A stretch of DNA of 42,919 nt, from assembly GCA_001687465.1 (NCBI GenBank), contig LVLI01000633.1, forward strand, positions 62,001 through 104,919, given 5' to 3'. The notes under the pieces are model-generated. The model was not told the DNA's origin. It did no database searches and saw nothing but the letters and a program-made list of their open reading frames with translations. This document shows positions 1-13,200 of this stretch, piece by piece. The stretch is from Halocafeteria seosinensis. Taxonomy: Eukaryota. A program made the position numbers and the translations under genes. How positions within the stretch are numbered: position 1 is the first letter of the stretch; every line of letters begins with the position of its first letter.

Positions 1-813
1 AGATCAGATCCGACAAAGAAAAAGCAACGGGTCGTGCTGAGGATATCAACGGAGTCAACGGCAAAGAGGATCAGTGATGGTGAACCTTTACGTAAAGTGT
101 TTGTTTGTGTGGATACTGCCGTAAACGCTTCATAGCGAAAATGCACATGGTGATGCACACGTACATCTCTATCGCGGGACTCCAGATTCTGGCAACTTGC
201 CGGTATGAAGATCGTTGCTCATTTCTCCCATGAGAATACGTCTCCGAGTTCTCACCACGTGACCAAGAACTGTATAAATCATGGAAACGCAAACTTCCCG
301 TCATTCCTGACTCGCCTACTTCCTTCGTGTGACTTGTGCGACTTCCTGCTTCAAACACTTGCACGTCACCTTGTTCGAATATCCGAAATTGACCGGTTTG
401 GCAAACAACGCTCAAGCAAATTGTGGTTAGAGCAAAGACTCTAAGCTACTTTGGGACACAATTCAAACGGTTGAGAATCTGACATCGGTGAATAGAAGCT
501 TGTTTGTCTGCATTCGTACGCTCGTGCAAAAGCGAGCAATTTCGTGGTCTTGCTGTACCTATACTAGATACATTACACTACGCGCTAAAGAGCATCATTT
601 TCCATTCTCTCTTGTTGCACAATTGGAGAGCCCTTGACGGGGTGACTTTCGGCTCCAAGCTAGCCATATCGGGTTTCGTTTCTTTCCGCGCCGTCCGAAG
701 AAAACCAGCTTGTTTCCCAGCAGCTACGTCGGTTACTGCCAAGCATCCCACCGCAGGTGCTACAGAACAGACATAAAATTGATATGCGAAGCACTGTGGT
801 TCACGATAGCTCT

Positions 814-3800
814 ATGGGACACTCGCCAAGAGCACTGGAAGGTCTAACAGTTGTGTTGATGACGTGCTATTTGTGGTCATCTTCACTGGTGGCCGGTGTG
901 CATGTGCATCCCCAAAGATCCCTCGAAGAAGCGAAGGGGAACGATGGACTTGTGAAAGGTCGTTCATGGTAAGAGTCATTCCGAATGCTGCTCGATGCAG
1001 AAGGTCCACCTGTGAATTCATTTTGTGCTTATGGTCGGTGTGACAACAGCGGTTTGAGTGATCCTGCACTGAAGAGGGAATTGGTTACACCTGCCACGAA
1101 GGTGCACCAGGAATATCCATATCCACGCCAGTTTCAGGAGGCAGGGAGTCGACAGCTCGACCATGATTTCATGCCGATTCAAGAGGCAGAAGAACAAGGG
1201 ATGACGAGCGAAATTCGTATTCGGGTACGCGGCTTCCCCATAGTCTTTAAGAGGTTGCCATTTTTTACACCCGCAATTTGTGCTACCTGGTACCTCCTTG
1301 GCAGCTTGTATGGGATGTCATCCAAAACGGGGATACGTACGATGGGGATGCGCAACAATGCAATTACATAGGTATGTTTGACCGATATGTTTGGAGCGCG
1401 AGGAGCGGATGATGGTTTGGGATTGTGTAGCCGACTACAGGACAACCAATCGCTCTGCCGGATCCTATTAACGATCAGAACTCATGGACTGATGATCCAT
1501 GCCCCAGCGAAGAATTCATGGTCCATGCAAATGATGAGAAGGCCTCTAGCCAAGCCAAAAAAGCGGCAGAAGAGCGTTTTGCTTTGATGAAGCGACGCAC
1601 TGAGTGGGTAAGACAATAACAAGACCCGTTTTGTGTGTGCGTGTCTTTGTCAAGGGTACTTGTTTCTTCCGCAGGCTGCATCTTACTGGGAAAACACACT
1701 TCGTGTCAAGCCTGTAGATAACGAAATTGTCATTGACTCCAATGCCCTCGTGAGGAATCATGTGGAGTTGCCCGAAGGTATATTTGTACCGGATTCTAAT
1801 GGAATGTGCACATGCCTGACAGATGTATTCTGGTAGTGCAGAACAAAAGGTTCACAACAATACAGACCTAGTAGTGATCATGACCGCTAGACCTGTTCCT
1901 TTCAAGAGTGTGGCCGGTATGTAACGACTGTTCGCTTTACTTGAGCAAGTCCGTCGGTCTCTGTATATCGTATTTGTAAGTACTGACAGGTTACGCGAGC
2001 TGTATGCAACGTGACCAATATGGTAGATGTACTGTTGGGAGATTTAATTGGGTTCCTGATTTGTTTGAAGTAACAAATCCCAACGCTGATAACAACATTC
2101 GTTCTGAGCGTCATACGGCGGCCCATGAATTCGCTCATTTGTTTGGTGAGTGCGTGTGTCGTCGTTCGAGTTCTTCACGAGTGCTTGATTTGGTGTTCCT
2201 GTGTACTCCAGACGCTGTTCTGCTAGGCAATGAAGACGCGGGAACAAGGATTCACATTGATGAAAACGGAAATACTAAATCGTTTGATGATATTGCTTTC
2301 AATGCATGGGATAGTGATCACTACAGAAAGACAGTCGCTAAGATTAAGACGGAACGAGTGCTGGAGGTTTCCCGAAAGCATTTTGACTGTCCGAATCTAG
2401 CGGGAGTTGCTTTGGAAGATGTTCCTCTCGGAGCGGGTGCTCACTGGGAATCCAGAATTCTTGGCCCAGAATTTATGAGCTACGGGAGTGCATCTGGGGA
2501 AGTATATATATCCGACCTTACCCTTGCTTTCCTGGAAGACACCAGTATGTTGATTACCAGTTGGTATGATGTTTTTCAGCCAGAAAAGGATATGCTAATT
2601 GACACACAGATCAATACGTCGTAAACTATACTCGAGGAGGCTTATTTGTTGAATCGCCACAGGTTCCGTTCACTTTAGGCGGTCCAAGTTTTCTCTTCGC
2701 TGGCACTGTGAAGAGGGAAGATCCACCTGAACCTCTTTCTCCTGGAGCCTTAACATGGGGTCGGGGAGAAGGATGTTCGTTCTTGAATGAATCTGCGAGA
2801 GACTGGCCGGATCGGTATAAGTGTTTGAAACATCAAGAGTATGGGTGTACACCGGATAACAAGAACTCTGCAGTTTGCGCCCTGAAGACTGGATGGACGG
2901 TACGATACGATAAGTCACCTAATTGTTGTGCTTTCTTGTTCAATGAATTGGTATTGCTGTTCCACAGCTCGATCGAAAGTTTTCTTGTGGAGAATTTGAT
3001 GTAGCTACTGGATGGCATATTTGTCAGCAAGTGGACGACTCGAACTGTGAATCTGGTGATTGTGTTTTACCGGAAATGTACCGGTATTTTACACAAGATG
3101 AAGTCGCTGCTGCCTTTTCCAATACGGATGTCGATTCATCTGATGTCGACGTAGTGCGGCTCGGTGGATTTTCATCAAGCATGGATTATGCTCCCGTATG
3201 TATCTGGCTACATCCTTACAGTAATTTTTCAGATGGTGTTGGCGAGTTGTTGTATGCCATGTCTTGGCGCACAGGTTCCAATGCGGTTCTGGAACTGTCG
3301 CGATCGAACGCCGGCTACCAACGGGAGCTTACCAGACAGTGCTGAAGGCGTGGGCATTGACTTGGCTAAGTATACACTTGATGTAGTGGGACAGATGGAG
3401 AAGAGAGGAGGCCAGAAACACTGCAAGCATTGCCGATGCTTCGTGTCCAGTCTTCGAGAAGTAACATCTTTCGCTTTCAGCTCTGGACCGACCCCATTCG
3501 GTCTCTGCTACCGTGCTAATTGTGTCCGCAGAGACTATCTACAGTTCGGCATCACTAATCAGCTGGGAGGCGTCAGTTGGTATAAATGCCCTGATGAAGG
3601 TGGACAGGTCTTTATTGCTGGGTTTGCCGGAACATTCCACTGTCCCAATGCTCGACAATTTTGCGCAATCGAATCAATCAGTGGAATTAAATATCCGGAG
3701 ACTGGTAAGACTATTAATGACTTTCATGATGAGCAATTTCGCACAGTAGGAGAAATTGAGATGATTTGGAATCTTCAGATCCGCTACTTGAGTTGGTATA

Positions 3801-4234
3801 CTATTGCATTATGACAACAATTTTCGTCTCATCTATTGGTGTAGGTTGTGTTTCGAGGTGGCGACGCAGTGTAAGACCAATTTATGCTCGATACAAGCAT
3901 TTTCTGCTCCTGAATTTACGTCGCTGACAATTTGCTGCAGATGTTGGCCCGGGGGAAACATATCCTCGCTGTAGTGGAGTCATGGATGTCAACTCTACTT
4001 CAGCACAGTAAGGACTTCTGGGCTTCAGTTCCAATTCTGCTACCGGGCAGTGGTATTGTGTTGGCTGTCTTAAGTCTCTGCGGCCTACTTGATTCCCAAA
4101 ATTTTGAAGGCTGGACTTTAGCAGCTCTAATGCTACTCGGGTGTGGCTTCGTACTGATTTGTGGGATCTCTCTTTCGCAATGGACGATTCCGAACAAACG
4201 AATCCACGGTGTGACCGTCGATAGTGCTGTTTAA
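814..4234 (+). CDS. Leishmanolysin/GP63-like zinc metallopeptidase (M8), copy 1, about 13 exons, short C-terminal tail with about 3 TM segments
   Basis: Hand-spliced over GT-AG introns. Signal-peptide-like N-terminus, HEXXH (AAHEFAHLFG, ~2125), third ligand AHWESR, Met-turn EFMS, LAFLEDT, WGRGEGCSF and a Cys-rich C-terminal domain, all typical of M8. Last exon 3941-4234 is hydrophobic. Confidence 0.9.
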
Positions 4235-5159
4235 AAGATCCCATAAATGGGGGATCATCTGTGCACAGTTACTAATGAACATACTATGCAGGTCTTTCTC
4301 TTTCCACCCATCTTCTTCAAGACTTTTTGTACATGCGTGTCATGTCCGGTAAGCAAGTGCAGGAATTCTGAGTTAAACCCGAAGCTCCCGCGTCCGTACT
4401 ACAGTAAAGCATTGAAAGCATTGGTGTTCCCATCCACTGTCTGCACTGAGCAATTTACAAAGGGGAGTTGCCGGAATGGTTTGTGTTATGGCTCGCCTGA
4501 ATGCATCGTCTCCACCAACGTCGATTCAATGCACAATCCATTGGCCACGCGCATGTACTGGAGCTCCCTCCTCAACACCTGACACACTTCAGTTGCATCT
4601 ACTGTACATTGTAGTAGAATCACGGGGGAATAGATTTCCATTTGTCAGTGCGGCACTTCCACTTTGACGTGGGGCAACCAACGGAGATGGGACCCGCCAC
4701 TAGCCAGGCAACTTGAGGCCAGCGCCTCCGTCGGTATGCGACTTGGCACTGCGACCTCCCTTCAAGGACAGCCAGCCTCTAGAACACCTTTCCTCGCAAC
4801 ATGTGTTGAAAACAATTGCGTTAAGGTGGCGTTGTTTGTAGCCAAGGTAGCTTGCCTCCATTTCTCTTCTTTGAGTTCTTGTGTGAAGGAAGCACTAATA
4901 ACTTGATTGTGGCGTTTGTAACCCCGGGGCTAAGTTCCACGAGAGCAAAAGACAGATTCCCCCTCCTCTTCCTTCCATCACGTCACACGGGAGAAAGTTG
5001 TATTCAGGAGCATCCAAAACACGCAGGCACATTCGTGTATAAAAAAAGACAGACGGACAAGCAAGTGCCAGCAGGGCTTCAAGTAGGATTCCACACGTCA
5101 GTTACACACACTTCAAGAACCCACCACCACCAAACCGGCGAAAAGCGCACGCCAGTGTA

Positions 5160-8100
5160 ATGAAAATGCACACTAGCGCAATGTGCTCTTCGAGAGCACT
5201 GGAAGGTGTAGCAGCGGTGTGGATGACATGCTACTTGTGGTCATCGGTATCACTGGTGGCCGGTGTGCATGTGCATCCCCAAAGATCCCTCGAGGAAGCA
5301 AAGGGGAACGATGGACTTGTGAAGGGCCGTTCATGGTAAGAGCCAAACTAGAATGCCGTTCGACGGAAAAGGTCCACCTGTGAATTCGTTTTGTGCTTAT
5401 TGTTGATGTGACAACAGTGGCTTGAGTGATCCTTCACTGAAGAAGGAATTGGACACACCTGCCACGAGGGTGTACCAAGAATACCCATTGAAGCTTCGGG
5501 AGGTAGACAGTCCAAGAGGGCAACGACAGCTCGACGGTAATTTCATGCCGATTCAAGAGGCAGAAGAACAGGGACTGACGAGTCAAATCCGTATTCGGGT
5601 ACGTGACTCATCCCGTAGTCTGTTCAGAGGTTGACACATCTGCACTTGTAACTTCTGGGACCTTGTTGGCAGCTTGTGTGGGATGTTATCGAAACGGGGG
5701 ATAAGTACGATGGGGATGTGCAACAATGCAATTACATAGGTATGTTTGACCCATCTGTTTGGAGCGCGAGGAGCGGATGATGATTTGGAATTGTGTAGCC
5801 GACTACAGGACAATCAATCGCTCTGCCGGATTCTATTAACGATCAGAACTCATGGACTGATGATCCATGCCCCAGCGAAGAATTCATGGTCCATGCAAAT
5901 GATGAGAAGGCCTCTAGCCAAGCCAAACAAGCGGCAGAAGAGCGTTTTGCTTTAATGAAGCGACGCACTGAGTGGGTAAGACAATAACAAGACCCGTTGT
6001 ATGTGTGTGTGCGTGTCTTTGTCAAGGGTACTTGTTTCTTCCGCAGGCTGCATCTTACTGGGAAAACACACTGCGCATCAAGCCTGTAGACGATGAAATT
6101 GTCATTGACTCCGATGCCCTCGTGAGGAATCATGTGGAGTTGCCCGAAGGTATATTCGTACCGGATTCTGATGGAATGTGCACATGCCTGACACATGTAT
6201 TTTGGTTGCGCAGAACAAAAGGTTCACAACAATACAGACCTAGTAGTGATCATGACCGCTAGACCTGTTCCTTTCAAGAGTGTGGCCGGTATGTAACGAC
6301 TGTTCGCTTTACTTGAGCAAGTCCGTCGGTCTCTGTATATAGTATTTTTGAGTACTGACAGGTTACGCGAACTGTATGCAACGTGACCAATATGGTAGAT
6401 GTACTGTTGGGAGATTTAATTGGGTTCCTGATTTGTTTGAAGTAACAAATCCCAACGCTGATAACAACATTCGTTCTGAGCGTCATACGGCGGCCCATGA
6501 ATTCGCCCATTTGTTTGGTGAGTGCGTTAAGCCGCTGCCGTGTCGTCGTTCGAGTTCTTCACGAGTGCTTGATTGGTGTTCCTGTGTACGCCAGACGCTG
6601 TTCTGCTAGGCAATAAAGACGCGGGAACAAGGATTCACATTGATGAAAACGGAAATACTAAATCGTTTGATGATATTGCTTTCAATGCATGGGATAGTGA
6701 TCACTACAGAAAGACAGTCGCTAAGATTAAGACGGAACGAGTGCTGGAGGTTTCCCGAAAGCATTTTGACTGTCCGAGTCTAGCGGGAGTTGCTTTGGAA
6801 GATGTTCCTCTCGGAGCGGGTGCTCACTGGGAATCAAGAATTCTCGGTCCTGAATTTATGAGCTACGGGAGTGCATCTGGGGAAGTATATATATCCGACC
6901 TTACTCTTGCTTTCCTGGAAGACACCAGTATGTTGATTGCCAGTTGATATGATATTTTTCGGCAAGCAAGAATTTGCTAATTGACACACAGATCAATACA
7001 TCGTGAACTATACTCGAGGAGGCTTATTTGTTGAATCGCCACAGGTTCCGTTCACTTTAGGCGGTCCAAGCTTTCTCTTCGCTGGCACTTTGAAGAGGGA
7101 AGAGCCACCTGAACCTCTTTCTCCTGGAGCCTTAACATGGGGTCGGGGAGAAGGTTGCTCGTTCTTGAATGAATCAGCAAGAGACTGGCCGGACCGGTAT
7201 AGGTGCTCGAAACATCAAGAGTATGGGTGTACACCAGATAACAAGGACTCCGGAGTGTGTACTCTTAAAACTGGATGGACGGTACGATATGATAAGTCAC
7301 ATACTTGTGCTTTTTTCTTTGTTCAACGAATTGCTATTGTTACGCTACAGCTCAATAAGAAGTTCTCTTGTGGAGAATTTGACGTAGGTACTGGACAGCA
7401 TATTTGTCAGAAAGTGGACGACTCGAACTGTGAATCTGGTGATTGTGTTTTACCGGAAATGTATCGGTATTTTACACAAGGGGAAGTAGCTGACGCGTTC
7501 TCAAACGTGGATGTGGATACATCCGGCATCGAGGTAGATCAGTTGGGAGGTTTCTCCTCGAGTATGGATTATGTGCCTGTAAGCCAATTGACCTTGCTCG
7601 AGGGTTGTATCCTCTATAGTAGGGGTTATTCAAGTTTCTGCCTCTAACAGATTCAAGTGCGATTTTGGAATTGTCGCGATCAAAAGGCGGCTACGAATGG
7701 AAGCTCACGCGATGGCTCAGAAGGGGGTGGGTTGGATATTTCCCAATTTACCGGAGGAATACTAGGCGATATGTCACGATTTGGAGGGCAAGAGCATTGT
7801 CGAGACTGTCGATGCTTTATCTCTAGTCTACGCGAATTAACTTCATTCGCTTTCAGTCCGCAGTTTCCTGAATTTGGCCTTTGCTATCGCGCCAACTGTT
7901 TCCGGGAAGAGTACCTCCAGGTAGGTATCAGGAATCAGTTGGGGGGTGTCAGCTGGTACAAATGCCCTGATGGCGGCGGCAAGTTCATCATAGCGGGGTT
8001 TACTGGGGCTTTCCATTGTCCGGATGCGCGCGCATTCTGTAAGATGGAGGAAATCAGCGGAATCAAATATCCCGAAACAGGTAAGTGCTGAAAAAGTTTA

Positions 8101-9662
8101 AACAACGACAGTTAAAAAGATAAAGTTGTTTCTGCACTCAGACCCATTGTTTGAACTTATATTCTTCTCCGTGCTTGGTGGGATCATTTTGATATTTACA
8201 TGCATTTGCTGTGGCCCTAATTGGAGAAACAAAGTACGTCGACTAACATGGTTTGTTAGTGTTAATTGGGCCACCGTTTTGAACTCTCCGGTTTTTTTGT
8301 TTCTTTTCTGTTGCTGTAGATGGTAGCCAAGACGAAGCGGGCATGTGGTGTGACTCTGTTTTTCCATCATTCCCAAGACCTCAGCAGTGACAGTATCAAG
8401 CGGGAAAGACCGTTCGCGCAGGTCCCGCATCACGGAACAGGTCTAGGACTATTGGCACTGAATACGTTTATGACCGGTATTGGCCTCAGTATTATCGGTT
8501 TGGGCATCTACGGTATGATTGAGGGACTGATTTCAACATCGTCGATTCCGCTTCTTGTGGGTGGCTCTTTGATCTCTGCCATTTCGATTATGGGAATGAT
8601 TAGTGGTCGCAAGCCTTCCTATGGGCCTAGTTGTTGTGCAGCTGTCTACTATTACTTGGCTCTAGGTGGAGTGCTCCTGGTGCTTTGGTTCATCGGCTAC
8701 AGTATTCTCTTTCCAGGTACGTTCAAGTGAATCAGCAGGAAGTGCGTCGATCGATACAGTATTGAGTGCATCAATGAACATTCTTATGCATTTATTGAAA
8801 TGCAGGCTCTTGGGACACTCATGTGGAGGAGAATATAGGTGTTTATACCGATATGTTTCCCAATTCTTTCGACGAAGATGCCCAAACTCCTGAACAAGCC
8901 AAACAAATCGCTGACACTTTGCGAGGTAACTTAGCAGTGATCATTGGTATACTGGCGGCTCTATTTGTCTTTTACTCAATGAATCTAGTCTTACTTACGA
9001 AGATCTTGGAGGCCCGGAACGTTGTTGCAATGAACTATACGTTTATGAACAACGCCTCTTGGGTGATGGGTCTCGTGTGCGCCACTGTAGGGATCTTGTT
9101 CATGGTGTTTCAGGGAACGTTTGCGGGAGAAGAATCTATACCAATAATGCTTATTGTGCTCGGTTTGTTCGTCTTTGTGACTGGCGTAACGGGAACTCTG
9201 GGGGCATTCAAGAAGAGCCGTAAATTGATCATTCCCAATCTCGTACTCGTATTTGTAGTGATTGCCTTGATGGTTTCCGTTGTTGTTTTGGCATTCCTCA
9301 GAGGCGCTGACGTTGAGTCGATTGTTTCCCAAATGAGCGAAAAGGAGAAACGTCAAATAAGCAAAGATCTGGGTTTCGCCAGCTTGAGCGATGAGGACCT
9401 CAAAGAGAACCTTCGCACGAACTTCCGACGGTTCGGGATGGCATTTTTAGTCACCACCATCCTGTTTTGTGTACTGTTTGTGTCGGGGTTGTTTTTTGCC
9501 AAGTACGTCAAGCACTGGAATGAGGTGGAAGCTCAGAAGAAGCCCAAGTCTACAACAGACAAACTCGGCAACGTGGTACCGTCCAGCGAAAAGGATGCAA
9601 CTCCGAACAAGAAGCAACCTACGGATGGCAAGAAAGGACAGAAAAAGCCTGGTAAAACATAA
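5160..9662 (+). CDS. Leishmanolysin-like M8 peptidase, copy 2, fused to 1 TM plus two tetraspanin-like 4-TM units, about 14 exons
   Basis: Same M8 motifs (HEFAH ~6497, AHWESR, EFMS). Splicing continues in frame after KYPET into DPLFELIFF...CICCG and two 4-TM blocks, ending at stop 9662. Start could be 5160, 5166 or 5181 (all in frame). Confidence 0.88.
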
Positions 9663-9701
9663 CATAGTTCAATGCATTCCTGTTAGCACTTTTTTCTTCA
9701 G

Positions 9702-9727
9702 ACACACACACACACACACACACACAT
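9702..9727. repeat. (AC)n microsatellite
   Basis: Direct dinucleotide run just downstream of the copy 2 stop. Confidence 0.95.
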
Positions 9728-10278
9728 GCATTGATTCACTCCTTGTTTTTTGTTGGGGGTGTGCAGCGCATTGTGCACCCCCGTATGTAGGCTCCAAAGT
9801 TCCATGCGACTGTGCGACTTGAGCGTGGCTCCGACTCCGAGCGGTGGTTTTTCCCTCGCGATGCGACCACCAGGGAGGTTCAACCTCCACCGCAGCATGC
9901 ATAGGAAGAAAATAGCACAGAATTGTTCCATTCCCTCGTTAGTGTTTGATCTTGATCTTGACATAATCGGCTCGCTGAACGCGAGTGACTGATAATCGAG
10001 CAGTAGTAGTAGCAATACTAGCTGCTTCCAGACACACTTCGGACGGAATTTTACTTGAGGCTTGCAGTTCTCATTCCCAGAGCCCCCTTTCCATTCCGAT
10101 ACACTGATACCCAGTGACGGGGTACTCTCTGATCATTTCTATCGTTCCCTGAACAGTCGTGGGTGGAATCGTGCGCTCGGAGGCTATCGGCAACTAAGGG
10201 CCGTTGACGGGGAACTGCAAGCTCCTCCCTAGACAGAGAGGCACATAACAGAATACAACAATGATGATCATCGGACAA

Positions 10279-13200
10279 ATGCGCCTCTACCGGGGGATAG
10301 GATGCGCTGTGTGGATATCGCTCGTGTGGTGCGCTACGGCGGTGTATGTGGACCATGAGAGATCGCTCCACGAAGCGAGTAAAACTGACGGTTTGGCCAA
10401 GGGCCATTCATGGTAAGCGACAGTGGCTCTTTATCAATGTCATGGACACTTAAAAAATTGCATGCCTATGAGTTTTCCTTTACAGTGGTCTCAGTCATCC
10501 TGGAATTCAAAAACTCCTGGATGTTCCATCGGAAAAAGTCCCCCAGGACTATCTACGAAAAACTGCCACTAAAGCTGTGGCACAAGATGGCGTGCGTCAG
10601 CTCGAGGGAAATGATGATTTTATGCCCATACAAGAAGCAGAAGAGCAAGGACTGACAAACCAGATTCGTATAAGGGTGCGTCGATGGGAATTGATAGTAC
10701 ACATGTACCACTTTATTGCGGTTCAATGCCATGTGCAACTTCCGCGGTACAGCTCTTATGGGATGTAATCAAAGCCGGGGACTATACAGGAGTAAAAAAT
10801 TCGGAGCCAATTGCTCGTCAATGCAATTTCATAGGTGAGGAGATGCCCGTTATGAGATGTAGACGTATAACAGTTATGCTTTTACCGGCAAATGGCCTTT
10901 TCTGTACACCCAGGAGAGGAAATTGAACTCATATTTGACGGATCAGAGATATGGACGGAAGATCCATGCCCACAGACAGAATTTATGGTTAATGCTAAAG
11001 ATTCGGAGACGTCTGCATCAGAAAGAAAAGACGCTAGTAACCGGTTTGCTGTGATGAAACGACGCACTGAGTGGGTATGTGCCAATGCTGCCCTTGCGCA
11101 CCTCGTTTGAGATACCGAGTCCCGCATTTAACTTTTCAGGCTGCGGACTATTGGGAGAAAACACTGCGAGTAAAACCCGTGGAAGATGAAATTGTCCTGT
11201 CGTCCAATATAATGCAATCGTTCGACCTAGCAGAAGGTAGGAGTGTTTCTGGATGCTCTACAAGTTCTAGCTCCGAACTCTGCTCTGATTGCTATTGCCA
11301 GAGTCTCAAATCCAAAATGACACCGATGTTGTCGTGATAATGACAGCCAGACCCGCACCGTTCAGTAGTGTCGCTGGTACGGACTATATTTATCTATTAT
11401 TGCTAGTGATATCGTCACTACGTTTGAGGGGGCACTGCAGGTTACGCGAGTTGCTTGCAACGGGATCAGTACCAGCGATGTACTGTTGGGCAGTTTAATT
11501 GGATACCAGATTTGTTTGATGTTGGCGGACAGAATGCGGATAATGTGATTCGCTCTGAGCGCCACACGGCTGTCCATGAGTTAACTCATATTCTTGGTAA
11601 GTGTGCTTTAATTGGGATGGAGACTAGGAAGTGTTGCAAAGCATTTTCCTCTTATGCAGGAGGAATTCTTGTGGGGGACAGCAATAACCGAGCGCATATA
11701 GATAATAATGGATCTATCAAAAGCTTTGAGGATATTGCCATAACTGAGACCGAAAGCGCAGATTACCCGAGACAAGTAACAAAAATCAAGACGGAGAAAG
11801 TGCTGGAGATCGCCCGGCGGGACTATGATTGCCCGACCCTGGACGGCGTCGCGTTGGAAGATGTACCTCTTGGAAAAGGTGCCCACTGGGAGTCGAGACT
11901 CTTAGGTCCAGAGTTTATGAGCTACGGTAGTTCATCTGGAGAAGTATACATATCAGACCTGACGTTAGCTTTTCTAGCCGACACCAGTAAGGACACCTTC
12001 CACGCTGCAGATTTCTTCTGTTTGTTTCTGCATCAGTTTCTACCTCGAATGCAGACCAATATGTCGTTGATTTCAGTAGGGGAGGATTACTTGTGGAGCC
12101 GACCGAGGTTACATTTAAGCTGGGTGGCCCGAGTTTTCTATCCGCCGGTAGTCTGAAACAAGAAACACCGCCTGAGCCTCTCTCTCCAGGAGCTTTGACA
12201 TGGGGGCGGGGAGAAGGATGTGCATTTTTGACTGAATCTGCCAGGAAGTGGTCTTCTCAATACAGATGCGAAAAACACCAGGAATATGGATGCACTGCAG
12301 ACAACAAAAACTCGGCCGTTTGCACGCTTAAGACAGGATGGGAAGTAAGTGTCAAAGCTGGGACTTTGATAAGTGCCGTTAAGTGTTGTTTCTACGTGAG
12401 TATTTTTGGTGGCAGATACCGCGGAAGTTTTCCTGCGGTGAATATGACCAAGGATCGGAAGGCTACGTGTGTGACACAGTGGAGGGGTGCAGCTCTTCTA
12501 CATGTCCCTTGCCGGAGATGTTTCAGTACTTCAAAAAAGATGAACTCAAGGAGGCGTTTTCCAATGTGGAAGTGGACACTTCAAATATCGATTTGGAACG
12601 TCTCGGAGGCTTTTCTTCCAGCATGGACCACGTACCAGTAAGTGTAACTTGTAAGGAGCGAACACTAGAACGTCCACCCTTATCAATTATTCGTCCGATC
12701 CAGATACGTGTACGGTTTTGGAATTGTCGAGATCAAAAGGCAGCTACGAATGGGAGCTCGCGGGATGGGGAAGAGGGTGGAGGTTTGGATATATCGGACT
12801 TTACTGGAGGCATCCTAGCAGATATGGACAGATTTGGTGGGCAAGAGCATTGTAAAACCTGCCGATGTTTTCTATCCAGTTTGCGAGAACTGACTTCGTT
12901 TGCGTTTGATCCCCGTTTTCCCCAATTTGGTCTCTGCTACCGCGCTAATTGCTTCCGTAAGGATTACCTGCAAGTTGCCGTTCGGAATCAACTCGGAGGG
13001 GTCAATTGGTACAAATGTCCGGATAAAGGTGGGAAGTTCAATATTGCCGGATTCACTGGCGCGTTCCATTGCCCCGAGCCTAAGCAGTTCTGTAGGATGG
13101 AGGAAATCAGTGGCATTAGATATCCTGAGACAGGTAAGTTCCTCTCGGTTCTTCGGCGAATGAGAGACACGTTGCCAACTGAAACCTTGTGCACAGATCC

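Noticed and set aside
1..800. Short ORFs upstream of protease copy 1
   Set aside because: No recognisable motifs or consistent splice model; a neighbouring gene end cannot be supported
4247..5150. Several 60-110 aa ORFs between copies 1 and 2
   Set aside because: No similarity to the protease tail or to any family I recognise; treated as intergenic
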